A stretch of DNA of 64,000 nt from a bacterium (lineage in GTDB: Bacteria > Electryoneota > JAOADG01). The position numbers and the translations under genes were made by a program. The notes below the pieces were generated by a model. The model worked only from the letters and a program-made list of their open reading frames with translations. It made no database searches and was not told the DNA's origin. Within the stretch, counting starts at the first letter, position 1; every line of letters begins with the position of its first letter. The stretch spans positions 3,328,001-3,392,000 of the forward strand of contig OY820579.1 of NCBI GenBank assembly GCA_963681965.1, in the 5' to 3' direction. Positions 63,044-64,000 of this stretch are shown here, piece after piece.

Positions 63044-63060
63044 TGCATAACGGATGCCCA
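63044..63060 (-). promoter_or_regulatory. Possible sigma54 (-24/-12) promoter of the hydrogenase-MCP operon
   Basis: TGGGCATCCGTTATGCA (GG-N10-GC), with palindrome TGATCAC-AC-GTGATCA ~70-80 bp upstream. Confidence 0.35.
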
Positions 63061-63280
63061 ATTGGCACTGACAAAAACTCTTCTTCCCCCACAATTCACT
63101 ACAGGTCGTCGTTATTCCGATTTACTGATCACACGTGATCAATCGTCACAGAAGAACTGCTTGACTTCGACTCGAATTTGTCTAGATTAGTACAATTGGA
63201 TTAAAGTTCAAAGTCACCTATATCCGTTAGCAGTCGATTTTTGAAATCCATATTTGACACCACTTCCGGGAATCAAAAAA

Positions 63281-63338
63281 GTAGAGCAGCTGATACATAA
63301 TCAGCAGGTCTGCGGTTCGAGTCCGCAAGGTGGCTCTA
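63281..63338 (+). pseudogene. Truncated tRNA-Thr copy (attR-like)
   Basis: 56/58 identity to 39487-39544; lacks the 5' acceptor strand; anticodon loop mutated to TACATAA. Confidence 0.88.
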
Positions 63339-63862
63339 ATTGGGTGGTGGGTGATGGGTGGTGGGAAAAGATGGTAGTTGGTGATTAGTGCTTGGTAAAA
63401 AATTAGATGCGGCTCATTGGGTTGCGTTTTTCATTTTAGATCTATTGCAATCGTGCAAGAATATCTGCGGTTCATGGGCAAGAATCTGATTAAAGTGGCT
63501 TCGGATATCTTTCACCACGCAATCGACTGATAGCGAAATTGAGACTGTTAATACAATAATACAATGCGAATATGGAAGCGATAGCGAAATAAGCTTGATA
63601 TTTCACCATAACATCCCCGGAACGAACTATCTACTGGGCATTTCCACGTTATCCCGGTTTCTCCATCTTATTATGATCCAGCTAACAGCAAAATCGTGCT
63701 AAAAAACAACACAACTAGTGCATTTTATCCCTACATTGTCTTATCTTTAATATTACTAATATTGCCAATTACTGTCCTGTAGAGTGGATAGCACGATAGC
63801 CCTTTGAATTTTAGACCTGATTTCCACCTAATTCGCATCTCGACTCAACGCCCGGAGTCCTT

Positions 63863-64000
63863 ATGGTACGATCTTTACGACGGCTGTACTGCTACACCGC
63901 CCCCGCTGGAAAACGCTCTCTGCTGTCGATCGCGCTACTGGTGCTGGTATTCTGCTCGCTTCATCCTGCGATGGCAGCTTCTTCACCACGCTCTCCCGCG
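63863..64000 (+). CDS. 5' end of a secreted or membrane protein (runs off the window)
   Basis: GGAG RBS, open frame 'MVRSLRR...SLLSIALLVLVFCSLHPAMAA'. Confidence 0.6.
   Translation, partial: MVRSLRRLYCYTAPAGKRSLLSIALLVLVFCSLHPAMAASSPRSPA

Larger units (their letters stand above)
39487..63338. mobile_element. Decayed genomic island at tRNA-Thr(CGT), ~23.8 kb
   Basis: 58-bp direct repeat (39487-39544 vs 63281-63338, 2 mismatches), AT-richer DNA, no REP arrays seen, mobile-gene remnants; no intact integrase. Confidence 0.75.

Noticed and set aside
63281-63338. Functional tRNA with CAT anticodon
   Set aside because: The 5' acceptor strand and half of the D-arm are missing and U33 is mutated; it is an att-like remnant.

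Overview
Bacterial chromosomal window, probably from an FCB-group lineage (inferred from many secreted proteins ending in a 'PNPFN...K(I/V/A)VLLK' T9SS/FlgD-like C-terminal sorting domain, CTD). The left ~39 kb is ordinary backbone: envelope genes, a hybrid kinase, an MFS transporter, a tail-less SSB, leucine-catabolism (liu) genes, a YyaL-like gene, a two-component system, hemW, an MsbA-like ABC exporter, tRNA-Phe, rplU-rpmA, lipB, a ferredoxin-flavoprotein fusion and tRNA-Thr. Its intergenic spaces are packed with mosaic arrays of more than 10 different REP-like palindrome families. A ~300-nt highly structured, terminator-ended non-coding segment follows the two-component system. The right ~24 kb is an AT-richer, integrase-less island bounded by tRNA-Thr(CGT) and a degenerate copy of its 3' part. 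It carries two paralogous ~2000-aa beta-helix surface proteins (one frameshifted), decayed mobile-element remnants, and a compact operon: V4R - [NiFe] hydrogenase small/large (Mvh-like) - ferredoxin - V4R - maturation protease - soluble chemoreceptor with a duplicated signalling tip. This operon is the best candidate for a little-described H2/redox-sensing system. All calls were made by eye from sequence motifs; no database searches were run.
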